DNA from: Candidatus Aenigmatarchaeota archaeon
GTDB taxonomy: Archaea; Aenigmatarchaeota; Aenigmatarchaeia; GW2011-AR5; JACRAC01
Length of the DNA: 64,000 bases
NCBI GenBank assembly: GCA_016187395.1
Contig: JACPJV010000006.1
Span: 62,345-126,344 of the forward strand
Direction: 5' to 3'
This document shows, piece by piece, positions 1 through 8,597 of the stretch. Numbering within the stretch: the first letter of the stretch is position 1; each line of letters opens with the position of its first letter. A program made the position numbers and the translations under genes. The notes beneath the pieces are model-generated. The model was not told where the DNA came from. It made no database searches and worked only from the letters and a program-made list of their open reading frames with translations.

Positions 1-292
1 GGCAATCTCCCCCAGCCGCTATAATCTTCTCTTTCGCTTTTTGCGAAAAGGCAAAGGAGAAAACACGCACCGCTTTTGTAATCTCGCCGCTGCCTAGGAC
101 TTTCCAGGGCACGATGATGTTTGTACTTTCTTGGGCAGCGTGCTCCAAGGCGTGCAGGTTGACCTCCTCTTTTGCACGGCGCGGTTTCTGCAGTATTTTT
201 GCTATAGCTGCGTATTCCTTGACCTTGCTTTTCCTTAATTGCACTATGAGCTTCTTCAGCTCCGGGTTCGTAGGTCCTGTCGGATGGGGCAT
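1..292 (-). CDS. rpl18e: ribosomal protein L18e (partial; C-terminal end lies beyond window start)
   Basis: Reverse-strand translation from ATG at 292 gives MPHPTGPTNPELKKLIVQLRK...NIIVPWKVLGSGEITKAVRVFSFAFSQKAKEKIIAAGGDC, matching the archaeal L18e pattern (VLG.G.L...AF.FS..A..KI..AGG.C). Not in the supplied ORF track because it is truncated by the window edge. Confidence 0.7.
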   Translation of the reverse strand, partial: MPHPTGPTNPELKKLIVQLRKSKVKEYAAIAKILQKPRRAKEEVNLHALEHAAQESTNIIVPWKVLGSGEITKAVRVFSFAFSQKAKEKIIAAGGDC

Positions 293-337
293 GATATCAC
301 CGAATTACCTTTCAATTTCCTCAACAACTTATTAAAA

Positions 338-395
338 TGCCTTTTCTTCGCATTTATAGTGCTACAAGGAATAAATTATTTCCTTGTTTCACATT
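338..395. repeat. short palindromic repeat, copy A of 'tatagtgNtNcaaggaata...ttccttgtttcac' family
   Basis: tatagtgctacaaggaataaattatttccttgtttcac. Contains perfect hairpin caaggaata/tatttccttg. Related copies at 9476, 29364, 44921, 51511. Confidence 0.6.
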
Positions 396-795
396 ATTCT
401 ATTTCCAATGTGCCTTCCTTGAAGTTTATATGAAGATTGAAATTTTTCAGGAAAGACAGACCAAGCAATCCGTCCACATAACTTCTGGACGGCAGATCAT
501 GAACAATAGCTCTTATAGTCCTGGCTTCCTTATCAAGTACCCTTACTATTTCTAGATTCACAAGAGGGACTTTCTCAACACCGCTCGCCGTTACAGTTTC
601 AATTCTTTCCTTTGAAAGTTCCGGTTTTAATTCCAGAATTTCAGCCACTTCCCAAGGAATCATCACGTAAGTCGCTCCTGTGTCCAAGGCCATACGGATC
701 TTTTTACGGATACCTTTATTCCCAATGAATACATCCAAAACGATAACAGAAGAGTCTTTATCAAAAAGATATTTTGACATGAAAAGCCACCGCAT
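394..795 (-). CDS. retropepsin-like aspartic peptidase (clan AA)
   Basis: 133-aa ORF with ALDTGAT active-site motif and downstream G-rich flap-like segment typical of retroviral-type single-domain aspartyl proteases. Confidence 0.5.
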   Translation of the reverse strand: MRWLFMSKYLFDKDSSVIVLDVFIGNKGIRKKIRMALDTGATYVMIPWEVAEILELKPELSKERIETVTASGVEKVPLVNLEIVRVLDKEARTIRAIVHDLPSRSYVDGLLGLSFLKNFNLHINFKEGTLEIE

Positions 796-1024
796 ATCCC
801 TTTTTAGGAATCTCGCCTGTATAGAAATGGTATGTATATTTGGATCTCTCTTCTTTCATTGCTTTGTACGTTTCGTCCCTGTTCTTGCTGTGTGCAAGTA
901 CCTTAATTTCTACAGGCTCACCTTTTTCATTTTCCTTCAGAACTTCTGCCAGCACCCACTCGTCTTTGTACAGCTTTTTGACTTCTTCGGTTTTCATGAT
1001 ACCACAAAAAATCTTCTCCTGCAA
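761..1024 (-). CDS. hypothetical small protein (87 aa), overlaps 3' end of protease gene
   Basis: ORF only. Lys/Glu-rich, no recognised motif. Overlaps 394..795 by 35 nt on the same strand. Confidence 0.3.
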   Translation of the reverse strand: MQEKIFCGIMKTEEVKKLYKDEWVLAEVLKENEKGEPVEIKVLAHSKNRDETYKAMKEERSKYTYHFYTGEIPKKGYAVAFHVKISF

Positions 1025-1045
1025 CGTATTAAAAGTATTCTCCCG

Positions 1046-1507
1046 ATGAAAAGTATGGTCTTTTACAATCCGATGACAGCGGAAGTTGGCAGCAAGCCCA
1101 CGCTAGTTTATCCTAGCAAGAGTGCGGAGAAGGCATTTGACAGAAGAGACAGGGGATGCGTTGAGCGCCATCTTCAGGGGCTGGCCGACCTGCACAAAGG
1201 CCTGATAACTCCGGATACTGAATATCTATTGACAATAGCCTGGGAAAATTCTGGAGACAGGATGGTTGATTTGTGGATATATTCCAAAGTTGATAGCTAT
1301 GGCTTTGGCCCTCTTATAGACCAGAAAACTTTCAGGGAAAATGTAAGAGACAATGGCATAGGAGTGGCGTGCGGGAATTCTGTTGTTCTTCTCGGAAGGG
1401 AAGAGGAGCATAGGGTTGCCAGAGGTGACCTGAAAAAATATCTGCATGGCGAAAGACCTGAGCTTCCAGCGCGGTTAAGATTGAATGAGAATTTCTATTT
1501 AGAATAG
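1046..1507 (+). CDS. hypothetical protein (~153 aa)
   Basis: Internal ATG (MKSMVFYNPMTAEV...) of the 680..1507 frame. The upstream part of that frame overlaps two minus-strand genes and is rejected. Confidence 0.35.
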   Translation: MKSMVFYNPMTAEVGSKPTLVYPSKSAEKAFDRRDRGCVERHLQGLADLHKGLITPDTEYLLTIAWENSGDRMVDLWIYSKVDSYGFGPLIDQKTFRENVRDNGIGVACGNSVVLLGREEEHRVARGDLKKYLHGERPELPARLRLNENFYLE

Positions 1508-1555
1508 ATTGCTTTATAGCGGCTCTTTATAATCTTTCTTCGCAAACTATTCCTT

Positions 1556-1727
1556 GCAGGGGTGCCCGAGTCTGGAAAATTCACAGAAAAGGGGCAGGTG
1601 TTAAATGAAATTAACTGCCAAACTTAAGAATATCTTAAGTTTTGAGTTTGCTTTCATGCAAACTGTGATAATGAGATATCCTGTGGCTTAGTGCCTTCGA
1701 GGGTTCAAATCCCTTCCCCTGCACTCT
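1556..1727 (+). tRNA. intron-containing class-II tRNA, probably tRNA-Leu(UAA); ~72-nt intron after anticodon-loop position 37 and an over-long D-loop region (possible second small intron)
   Basis: 5' GCAGGGG-UG-CCCG-AGUCUGG... and 3' ...CCUGUGGCUUAGUGCCUUC-GAGGG-UUCAAAU-CCCUU-CCCCUGC-A form a perfect 7-bp acceptor stem, canonical T-arm (GTTCAAAT) and a Leu-like variable arm. The candidate anticodon loop is G-U-UAA-A + A flanking a ~72-nt insert. No CCA encoded. Confidence 0.55.
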
Positions 1728-1760
1728 TAAGATTTGTTCTGCTGATAGTTATCAGTTTAT

Positions 1761-2321
1761 ATGGCGAGTATTTTTTCAATTCGATTTATCAGGGACGCAG
1801 CGAGAGGCAGGAAAAGAATACTAGATGCTGGCTGCGGAAACGGGGTTCAGGCACTTTACCTGGCCAGACTCTATCCAGAAGCTTTGATTCATGGGTATGA
1901 CATTTCTCCCGAAGCAATTGAGAGGGCAAATAGGTATAAACAAAGCCGTGAAGTTCCTAACGCCTGTTTTTCAGTGTCCTCCCATGACAGTTTCGAGCCT
2001 CCCGACAAAATGGATATGATTTATGCAAGCGGCAGCCTTGTGGGAGAGCACGAGATACCTGGAACTGAAGAGCCTCTTTTAGAGGGAGAAGAAATTGTGA
2101 AACGGAGGCTTTCAAGGTTTAGAGAGATGCTTTCGCACGAAGGGATTTTGGCAATTTTGTGGTGCGCAGCTGACGATGCCAACAACAGGCTCAGAAAACT
2201 GGCCGAGGGTTGCGACTTGGCTTACAGAGATGCAAGGACAGGAGACGTGGTATCTTACAAAGAGGACAGCGGCAAAATTATATGCAGATATGCATTGGTT
2301 TTCTGGGCTCTGAATAAATAA
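1761..2321 (+). CDS. class I SAM-dependent methyltransferase
   Basis: Motif I ILDAGCGNG followed by acidic motif II (IHGYDIS). Confidence 0.7.
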   Translation: MASIFSIRFIRDAARGRKRILDAGCGNGVQALYLARLYPEALIHGYDISPEAIERANRYKQSREVPNACFSVSSHDSFEPPDKMDMIYASGSLVGEHEIPGTEEPLLEGEEIVKRRLSRFREMLSHEGILAILWCAADDANNRLRKLAEGCDLAYRDARTGDVVSYKEDSGKIICRYALVFWALNK

Positions 2322-2333
2322 TTATTGTCACCC

Positions 2334-2615
2334 TCACATCTCCCACTCCGGCTTTCTTGGCTTTCTGAGCTCCCTGCATTCCAGGAGGGCGTCGTAAGCG
2401 AAGGCAAGAGAAATGACAAGGCTCGGCATAAGGAGCAGGGTGCTGACCTGATTGACTGCCTCCTGCGGCACGGTAAGGCTCAATGCTGCCATGGAAATGG
2501 ATCCTGCGACAAGCAGGATTCCGAAGACGATGCGCTTGCCGTTGTATACGTAGCCAAGTCCCCAAACGAAGAAGTTGAGGATTGCAGCAATCAAAGGCCG
2601 CCTTTTGAATTTCAT
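2334..2615 (-). CDS. small membrane protein, TM2-domain-like
   Basis: Two hydrophobic helices. WGLGYVYNGK motif resembles the TM2/NINE small membrane protein family. Start taken at internal MKFKRR. Confidence 0.4.
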   Translation of the reverse strand: MKFKRRPLIAAILNFFVWGLGYVYNGKRIVFGILLVAGSISMAALSLTVPQEAVNQVSTLLLMPSLVISLAFAYDALLECRELRKPRKPEWEM

Positions 2616-2703
2616 GAAGGAATCTGGAGGGGAAATTTTAAATAAGAACAATCAGTATCTTGAATTTCGTCAGAGATTTATAGTTCTGAATCGTATATGT
2701 TAA

Positions 2704-3834
2704 ATGCCGCCTGCGCAGACCGATTCGCCGGAGCCTTATTTTGAAGAAAGGATGAGAGGATTCACGTTAGACGGTCGCGAGGTTAGGGATCGCTTTTACC
2801 CCAGCCGCATGTCTGCCTACGGCCTTGCGAAATCCCTCTGCGTTGGCTATGTGGAAAGAAGAGACATTTTTGAACAACGTCTTGCTGAAAGATTCTTTTC
2901 TTACATCGACGAGACGCTTAAGTTAAAAAGCCTTCAGGATAGGAAGCCGACAAAGGAGGAAAGAAAAAGGTACAAGGCATTTGCACAGGCATTCAAGGCG
3001 GTTTTTCAGGCTAATGTGGAGTCGCTTGCCCGCTCGGCTTTGAGGGACAACTATGTAGATGCAGAGTCATATTCAAGACCTGGCGTGTGTTATGAATTTA
3101 ATTTTGGTTATGTTACCGTGCCTCTTGCTGATAGTGAACGTCAGCTAAATTCCGCGATATTCAACAGGCGTGTGCAGAATATCATCAACAGGCTTGCAGA
3201 AAGCCCGGGGTTCAGGACTGTATGTGAAGATTTTATGCTGGTGCAGGAATTAAAGGACGACCCCGAACGCTTTGGAGAGCTTGAAAGGCTCTGCATTCCG
3301 GTTCTCCGGAGATTTGTTGCAACCCACCGCACCAGAGAGTTTGCTTCCAATGACCTGTATCAGGAAGGGTTGCTGGTTGTATGGAGGTCTGCGCAAAGCT
3401 ATGAGGGCAGGAACTTCGCCCGCTTCAGCACGATGGTAAAAGCAGGACTTCATAATAAGTTTTCTAATCTGATGGAGTATTCTATGGCTGACAAAAGAAG
3501 GATAAACCGCGTTGCCTTCAGAATCGGCTCAGGAAATCCTGACGATTCCTATATGGCGCAGAAATGCGACGAGGCTGCTTTCCGTGCCTGGGATATGGAA
3601 CAGAGAGAGCAAAGGGTAAACGGACATTTCGATCCCTTTGCAACCGCTCCATTATCGGATTTGTTCCATCTTCATCCTCGCGTAGAATATTTTGGCGGAG
3701 GGTCTGACTCGGAGTCAGATTGTGAGATTGAAGCGGTTTCCCTGGAGACGAATGAAGTAGTTACAGACGCAAATTTCCCTCATCTGAATGAATATCCGGT
3801 AAGCACGTGGGGAAAGAAGCTGGAGGCAGAATGA
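2704..3834 (+). CDS. hypothetical protein with sigma-70 region-2-like (ECF-like) segment
   Basis: Segment NDLYQEGLLVVWRSAQSYEGRNFARFSTMVKAGLHN matches the DLxQExFLxAWRxxxxFxGxSxFSTWLxxIARN pattern of sigma-70/ECF region 2. No recognisable region 4. Start uncertain. Confidence 0.45.
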   Translation: MPPAQTDSPEPYFEERMRGFTLDGREVRDRFYPSRMSAYGLAKSLCVGYVERRDIFEQRLAERFFSYIDETLKLKSLQDRKPTKEERKRYKAFAQAFKAVFQANVESLARSALRDNYVDAESYSRPGVCYEFNFGYVTVPLADSERQLNSAIFNRRVQNIINRLAESPGFRTVCEDFMLVQELKDDPERFGELERLCIPVLRRFVATHRTREFASNDLYQEGLLVVWRSAQSYEGRNFARFSTMVKAGLHNKFSNLMEYSMADKRRINRVAFRIGSGNPDDSYMAQKCDEAAFRAWDMEQREQRVNGHFDPFATAPLSDLFHLHPRVEYFGGGSDSESDCEIEAVSLETNEVVTDANFPHLNEYPVSTWGKKLEAE

Positions 3835-3885
3835 GCATAAGTCTTTGATACAAAGGTTTTAAATAATCTTCGGCTTCCTGTATTT

Positions 3886-4242
3886 TTGATGTCTATGTTA
3901 GCAAATGCCCAAAGATTTGAGCGCTTTTTGGCAAGAAGGGGAAGCTTCAGGGTACAATGCCCTCGACAAGAACGCGGACGTGTCTTCACAAGACGTAAGT
4001 ATGATGTGTTTTTGGATGGCGAGAAGATCGGCGTTTATACAGAGGTTGAAGGGAGATTTCTAAGCGGCGGGATGACATCCGAAGGCATAATTTCGCAGGT
4101 TTTTGAAGGGCGCGTACCGGGTTATGAATTTTCGACCCCTCAAATAGTTCTTGAATATTCACGGGATAAAGGTACGGGATTTCCTGCAGGAACAAGAACA
4201 TCTTCGCGGAAAGACGGGCATGCGTCAATACCATTTCCCTAA
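3886..4242 (+). CDS. hypothetical protein (118 aa)
   Basis: ORF only. Basic N-terminus. Confidence 0.3.
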   Translation: MMSMLANAQRFERFLARRGSFRVQCPRQERGRVFTRRKYDVFLDGEKIGVYTEVEGRFLSGGMTSEGIISQVFEGRVPGYEFSTPQIVLEYSRDKGTGFPAGTRTSSRKDGHASIPFP

Positions 4243-4857
4243 TCACAACTCCTTCCTGACTAATTTTGCGAATTCCTTTGCGCGCTCTTCTATGATATCT
4301 AAAGCGCGTATGAACACATCAGCCCCCGAAAGTCCTGTTGTTGACTCTATGTTGAATGTAAAACCACCGCCGCCTTTTGAATACCCTATTGTTGCTGCCT
4401 GATGCTTGGCGTGGTTTTTGCCTATTCCAAGCCTTGCAACTGCCACGAGATCGACATTTTGCCCTTCCAGAAGCTCTGCTATAGGTATTTTCATGTCATC
4501 CGGCTGCACGTGCTTGTCGTCGCTTTCCATGTCTCCGGAATAGACCGTGGAAGGGCCGTTCTTTTTCAGCCTCAGCTTTGCAGTGCAGTTGCTGCATCCC
4601 TTTCCTCCGCATTTGCACTCTTCTGAAAGCTGATAGCCGTTTGGCCATTTGAGCGGAATCATTGCAAGCCTGTGGGCCAGAATCTCGTCGACAAGCCCTG
4701 AATTGTTAACCGTGATATCGACGTAGTCGACAGCCATCACTGGAATTTCGCTGTAAGCTACGCGCCTTAGCGCATTCGCAAAGCCTGCGCTTATGTCCTT
4801 TACAGAAACCTTCAATATTTTTCCTTTATTCTTGACAACATTTACTTCCATGATCAT
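4243..4857 (-). CDS. rpoD: DNA-directed RNA polymerase subunit D (Rpo3), archaeal, with Fe-S cluster cysteines
   Basis: 204 aa. Rpb3/RpoA-insert fold signature (VDYVDITVNNSGLVDEILAHRLAMIPL). Cys cluster CKCGGKGCSNC typical of archaeal subunit D 4Fe-4S domain. Lies downstream of rps11 as in the archaeal operon. Confidence 0.85.
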   Translation of the reverse strand: MIMEVNVVKNKGKILKVSVKDISAGFANALRRVAYSEIPVMAVDYVDITVNNSGLVDEILAHRLAMIPLKWPNGYQLSEECKCGGKGCSNCTAKLRLKKNGPSTVYSGDMESDDKHVQPDDMKIPIAELLEGQNVDLVAVARLGIGKNHAKHQAATIGYSKGGGGFTFNIESTTGLSGADVFIRALDIIEERAKEFAKLVRKEL

Positions 4858-4937
4858 TACCTCAACCTCCTTTTTGCAGGATTATTATTAAAGGTTTCTG
4901 ATACCGCTCTTTTGATCTGCTGTTGTTTTGCCTTACT

Positions 4938-5327
4938 TTACACTCTTCTTCCTCTCCTGCCTCCCTTCTTTCTGCTGCTATCGTGTGAAATAGGGGTCGT
5001 CTCTTCTATCGAGATTATTTTAAAACCTGCTCGTGCAAGCGCCCTGACAGCGGGCTGTGCGCCCTGCCCGGGTATCCTGGACTTGTTATGGCCCGGAGCG
5101 CGTATCCTGATATGAAGGCCTGTTATTCCTGCGTTCTTTGCAGCGTCTGCCGCTTTTTGCGCGGCGCGCATTGCAACAAACGGCTTGCCTTTCATCATGT
5201 CGCGGTCTGTAACCATTCCCCCTGATATAATGCTTATCGTCTCGCAGCCTGTTATATCGGTTATATGTATTATTGTGTTATTAACAGACGAGTATATCCG
5301 CGCAACTCCGATCTTATCCTTCATCAT
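4938..5327 (-). CDS. rps11: 30S ribosomal protein S11 (uS11)
   Basis: 129 aa. [21 protein letters not shown]...[14 protein letters not shown] pattern. Confidence 0.9.
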   Translation of the reverse strand: MMKDKIGVARIYSSVNNTIIHITDITGCETISIISGGMVTDRDMMKGKPFVAMRAAQKAADAAKNAGITGLHIRIRAPGHNKSRIPGQGAQPAVRALARAGFKIISIEETTPISHDSSRKKGGRRGRRV

Positions 5328-5354
5328 CGTAACACACCTCGTTCACTTTCGATC

Positions 5355-5837
5355 TCACGATGCCTCCTTTTTAATTTCATATGCCCTGGAAGATTCCACG
5401 CTTCCTTCAAGCCCGGCAGGCACTATATAACCCGGCCATTCAACGACCTTTCCGCCCACTTTGACGTGGCCGTGCACGATCATTTGCCTTGCCTCTTTAA
5501 GGCTTTTCGCAACCCCTTTTTTATGGACAATTGTCTCCAGCCGGCGGGATAAAAGATCTTCAAGCTTAAGGCTGAGCACGTCCTCAGGATTGTTCACTGT
5601 TATTCCCATCTTCCTGAGCCTCTGCATCATCTCCTCTTTCAGCTTAGGGTTTGATTCTACCAAAAGATCGCGAGCCCTTTGCCTGAAGATTCTTACAACC
5701 GCTTCTGCCTTCCATATCTCCTTTTTTCTGCGAAGCCCGTATTTTTTCATCATGGATTTTTCATTCGTTATCCTATTCTTGTCATAAGGCTTCAGCGGCC
5801 TTGAATATTTCCTTCTATGCCTTCTTGGATGACCCAT
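5355..5837 (-). CDS. rps4: 30S ribosomal protein S4 (uS4)
   Basis: 160 aa. N-terminal GHPRRHRRKYSRP and S4 RNA-binding domain (RRLETIVHKKGVAKSLKEARQMIVHGHVKVGG). Confidence 0.85.
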   Translation of the reverse strand: MGHPRRHRRKYSRPLKPYDKNRITNEKSMMKKYGLRRKKEIWKAEAVVRIFRQRARDLLVESNPKLKEEMMQRLRKMGITVNNPEDVLSLKLEDLLSRRLETIVHKKGVAKSLKEARQMIVHGHVKVGGKVVEWPGYIVPAGLEGSVESSRAYEIKKEAS

Positions 5838-6124
5838 ATATCATTCACCATTGAACTGCCGCCCTCAGCTCGCCTCACTGCGGTCGAAGTGTAAATTTCT
5901 TCCTTGTTCGGCGGCTTCGCTTGGCGGATGACCCATACGAAACACACCTCACGTTTTGCCAATGCAAAATGATTTGCCAGAATGCAAACCGACGAACCTT
6001 CGGTTCGTCCATTCACTCGCAAATCCGTTCACTTTCAAACGTGCATACACTTTCGCCTTCTTGCATTTGCTTCTTTCAGATCCTCAGACTTCTTTCCTGC
6101 TTTATTTTTTCCCATGTTGCCCAG

Positions 6125-6685
6125 CTATTTTTTATCAGCAGGCTTTGGCGCAGGCTTGGCTTCGGCAGGCTTTGCTGCTGGCTGGGCGGCCTTCTTTACA
6201 ACGCCTACAGTGCGCCCGCCTCCTCCTGAGCGCGTCCTCTGCCCGCGCACAGGCAATCCCAGCTCGTGCCTTACTCCGCGGTATGCACGGATGCTTTTCA
6301 AAAAGTTAATATCGTTCATTTTCTGAAGCTTAAGCCTGTCTCCGTAAAAATGCATGTCTGCGCCTGTCTCAATGCTCTTGCGCCGGTTTAACATCCATCC
6401 CGGCAGTTGCGGATTTTGCAAAAAGGATTCTACGGCTTTGATCTCGTCCGGCGTAAGGTCGGATATTCTCTTGTTCGGATCAATGCCTGTTTTTGCGCAA
6501 AGTGCGCTTGAAAATGAATAGCCAATGCCCTTGATTCCCTTAAGGGCGTAGCGAACCCGCAGTGCGCTGTTGATATCTGTATTGGCAATTCTGAGATAAC
6601 TTCTCGTGTCCTTTTTCTCAATCTTCTTATGCTTCTGATCCTTTGCCTCATTTTTGTCAATCTCTGCCATCGCAACCAACCTCAC
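6125..6685 (-). CDS. rps13: 30S ribosomal protein S13 (uS13) with Lys/Ala/Pro-rich C-terminal tail
   Basis: LRIANTDINSALRVRYALKGIKGIGYSFSSALCAKTGIDPNKRISDLTPDE matches uS13. True start may be the internal MAEIDKNE (6670). Confidence 0.85.
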   Translation of the reverse strand: MRLVAMAEIDKNEAKDQKHKKIEKKDTRSYLRIANTDINSALRVRYALKGIKGIGYSFSSALCAKTGIDPNKRISDLTPDEIKAVESFLQNPQLPGWMLNRRKSIETGADMHFYGDRLKLQKMNDINFLKSIRAYRGVRHELGLPVRGQRTRSGGGGRTVGVVKKAAQPAAKPAEAKPAPKPADKK

Positions 6686-7197
6686 AATAACTTGAGAATA
6701 AAGGATTTAAATGTGGCGAAGTCATTAAGGCAAAGGATAAGGTTGTCGATTAGTTGTCGGTGAAAAGGCAGGATAAAGGTCGAATGAATTTGACTCCTTC
6801 CGTCCTTCAAGCCGTAGGTAAGACAAAAATCAGTAGAAATGGAATATGCCAAAAAAATAGCTTTCCTTTTCCATTTAATTTTTCCTGTAATCTCTATTTG
6901 CTATCTTCGGAAGCCTCCTCTTAAAGCCCACGGCTTTAGCCGTGGGATAAGATATGGAAGGCTTCCGAGATGCTTTGCTCCGAGAAACCCCCGACTTTAG
7001 GTGGGGGAGAATACAGAGCAAATCATCTCCTCGTCCACTTCAGTTTTTTTGCAGACGTGCCTCTGAGGGAAAAGGACTCGCATTTCCCGGAGCAGAACCA
7101 GAGCGGCTTTCCGTGCCCGCTGACGAAAAGCTTGCCTGTTCCCTGTTCTATGCTGGCTGAACAAAAGGAGCATTTTGGCATGGGTATCACGAGATGA

Positions 7198-7509
7198 ATG
7201 GATAGTAAGGCTTATAAAAATGCCGTGAAGATGAATTTCATGAAATCAATAAAGGAACTGAAGAATCCAGATATCATTGAGATAAATGGACAGAAGTTTC
7301 AGGTCGTTGAGAATACGAGTGTTCATTATGATACAAAGAAAAAAGAACTTGTCATGGCACTGTATCTTGTAAGGGAAGGAGAAAGGAAGATAACACCGAA
7401 ATACAGACTGGAATATTTTCATGACAGACCTGATGAAATCAGATTTTTCATTTTTGACGAGAATTCAAAGAACTGGAAGGAAGAGAAAATAGAATCTGTT
7501 AATTTCTGA
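7198..7509 (+). CDS. hypothetical protein (103 aa)
   Basis: ORF only. Lys/Glu-rich. Preceded by the conserved structured leader described in findings. Confidence 0.35.
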   Translation: MDSKAYKNAVKMNFMKSIKELKNPDIIEINGQKFQVVENTSVHYDTKKKELVMALYLVREGERKITPKYRLEYFHDRPDEIRFFIFDENSKNWKEEKIESVNF

Positions 7510-7516
7510 TCTTTGC

Positions 7517-7726
7517 TCATCTCCTTCCAAAACTGCCTGTGCTTTCCATCTCTGTCTCCCTGAGCATCAGGATATCGCCCAAACGCACAGGACCAATGAC
7601 ATTCCTGGTCAGTATCTTTCCTTCGTCCTTGCCCTGGCTAACCCTGCACTTAATGCGCGTAACGCCCTTTGCGCCCATTCTTCCTATAATATCAATGACT
7701 TCAGCCGGAGTTGCATCGTCTGGCAT
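7517..7726 (-). CDS. rps28e: 30S ribosomal protein S28e
   Basis: Internal start [59 protein letters not shown] matches S28e. Downstream of L7Ae as in the archaeal L7Ae-S28e-L24e operon. No L24e ORF was found. Confidence 0.8.
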   Translation of the reverse strand: MPDDATPAEVIDIIGRMGAKGVTRIKCRVSQGKDEGKILTRNVIGPVRLGDILMLRETEMESTGSFGRR

Positions 7727-7787
7727 AGAAACACACCTCACGATTTGCCGCATGCAAATCGTGCATTCATCCTGACACCTCAAAAAA

Positions 7788-8120
7788 CTAATTTCCTTTT
7801 TCGACAGCTGCCAACACTTCGTCGAGCTGCTTTTTGGCTTCTCCGGGCTTTGCGACTGCAATGGTTGAGCAGCCGACATCGATGCCGGCAGCACGGCCAA
7901 GCTCTGACTTCGTAGGCACCTTTACAAACGCGATCTTCTTTTCATTGCACAAAACCGGCAGATGCATCACAATCTCCGGCGGATCCACGTCATCTGCTGC
8001 GATCACAAGCTTTGCCTCGCCACGCTCTATCGACTTGGTAACTTCATTTACGCCGCGCCTTATCTTGCCCGTGTCTCTTGCTACCTCAACCACCTCCAGT
8101 ATGTCTTTGTCTTTCGTCAT
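7788..8120 (-). CDS. rpl7ae: 50S ribosomal protein L7Ae (K-turn binding)
   Basis: 110 aa. [25 protein letters not shown]...ELGRAAG matches the L7Ae/L30e family. Confidence 0.85.
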   Translation of the reverse strand: MTKDKDILEVVEVARDTGKIRRGVNEVTKSIERGEAKLVIAADDVDPPEIVMHLPVLCNEKKIAFVKVPTKSELGRAAGIDVGCSTIAVAKPGEAKKQLDEVLAAVEKGN

Positions 8121-8181
8121 AGGTTCATCTCACTATTTCAGGGTTGCGAAGGTATTTAAATTTAGTTGCCATGCCTTATGC

Positions 8182-8367
8182 ATGAAACCAGGAAAAACAA
8201 AGTTCTGGAAGGTGAAATGCACGCAGTGCAGGAACGAGCAGGTAATATTCAGCAAGGCATCGATTCACGTGAAATGCCTTGTATGCGATTCTATCCTGGC
8301 GTACCCAAAGGGCGGCATTGCAGAATTAGCAAAGGGCAAGACAGAACTCCTGCAGGAGATGTCATAA
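8182..8367 (+). CDS. rps27e: 30S ribosomal protein S27e (C4 zinc finger)
   Basis: 61 aa. FWKVKCTQCRNEQVIF...HVKCLVCDSILAYPKGG matches S27e. Start at internal ATG 8182 of the 7834..8367 frame. Confidence 0.8.
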   Translation: MKPGKTKFWKVKCTQCRNEQVIFSKASIHVKCLVCDSILAYPKGGIAELAKGKTELLQEMS

Positions 8368-8597
8368 ATCCCTTTCTTTGGAAAGAAAGGTCTTTATTAA
8401 ACCCCAAAGAAATATTCGGAAGTATCTTCCGATGATTTGCTCCCTCTCGGAGAAGTTTGCAACCGCTGGAAGTAAGGGTGATTGATAAGTATTCTTCTTT
8501 TCATTAAACATCCATTGAGATTTTTCCTTTAATATTTTCCTTTGTTTTTCCCTCCTTTGTTTTTTATTTTAATACTCTTTTGCACCTATTTCTCGGT

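Noticed and set aside
114-433. Plus-strand ORFs 114..335, 239..433, 337..555
   Set aside because: They overlap the rpl18e 5' end, repeat copy A and the protease gene. Translations are low-complexity.
680-1045. N-terminal 122 codons of the 275-aa frame 680..1507
   Set aside because: This part overlaps the protease gene and the 87-aa gene on the opposite strand and is hydrophobic junk. The gene more plausibly starts at ATG 1046.
5792-6326. Several 75-117-aa ORFs in the six-frame track overlapping rps13/rps4 on either strand
   Set aside because: They lie entirely within well-supported ribosomal protein genes in other frames. Low-complexity, Cys/Leu-rich translations typical of shadow ORFs.
7198-7516. 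Expected rpl24e downstream of rps28e
   Set aside because: No minus-strand frame with the L24e C4 zinc-ribbon pattern was found here. The region is occupied by a plus-strand 103-aa ORF, so L24e is not called.
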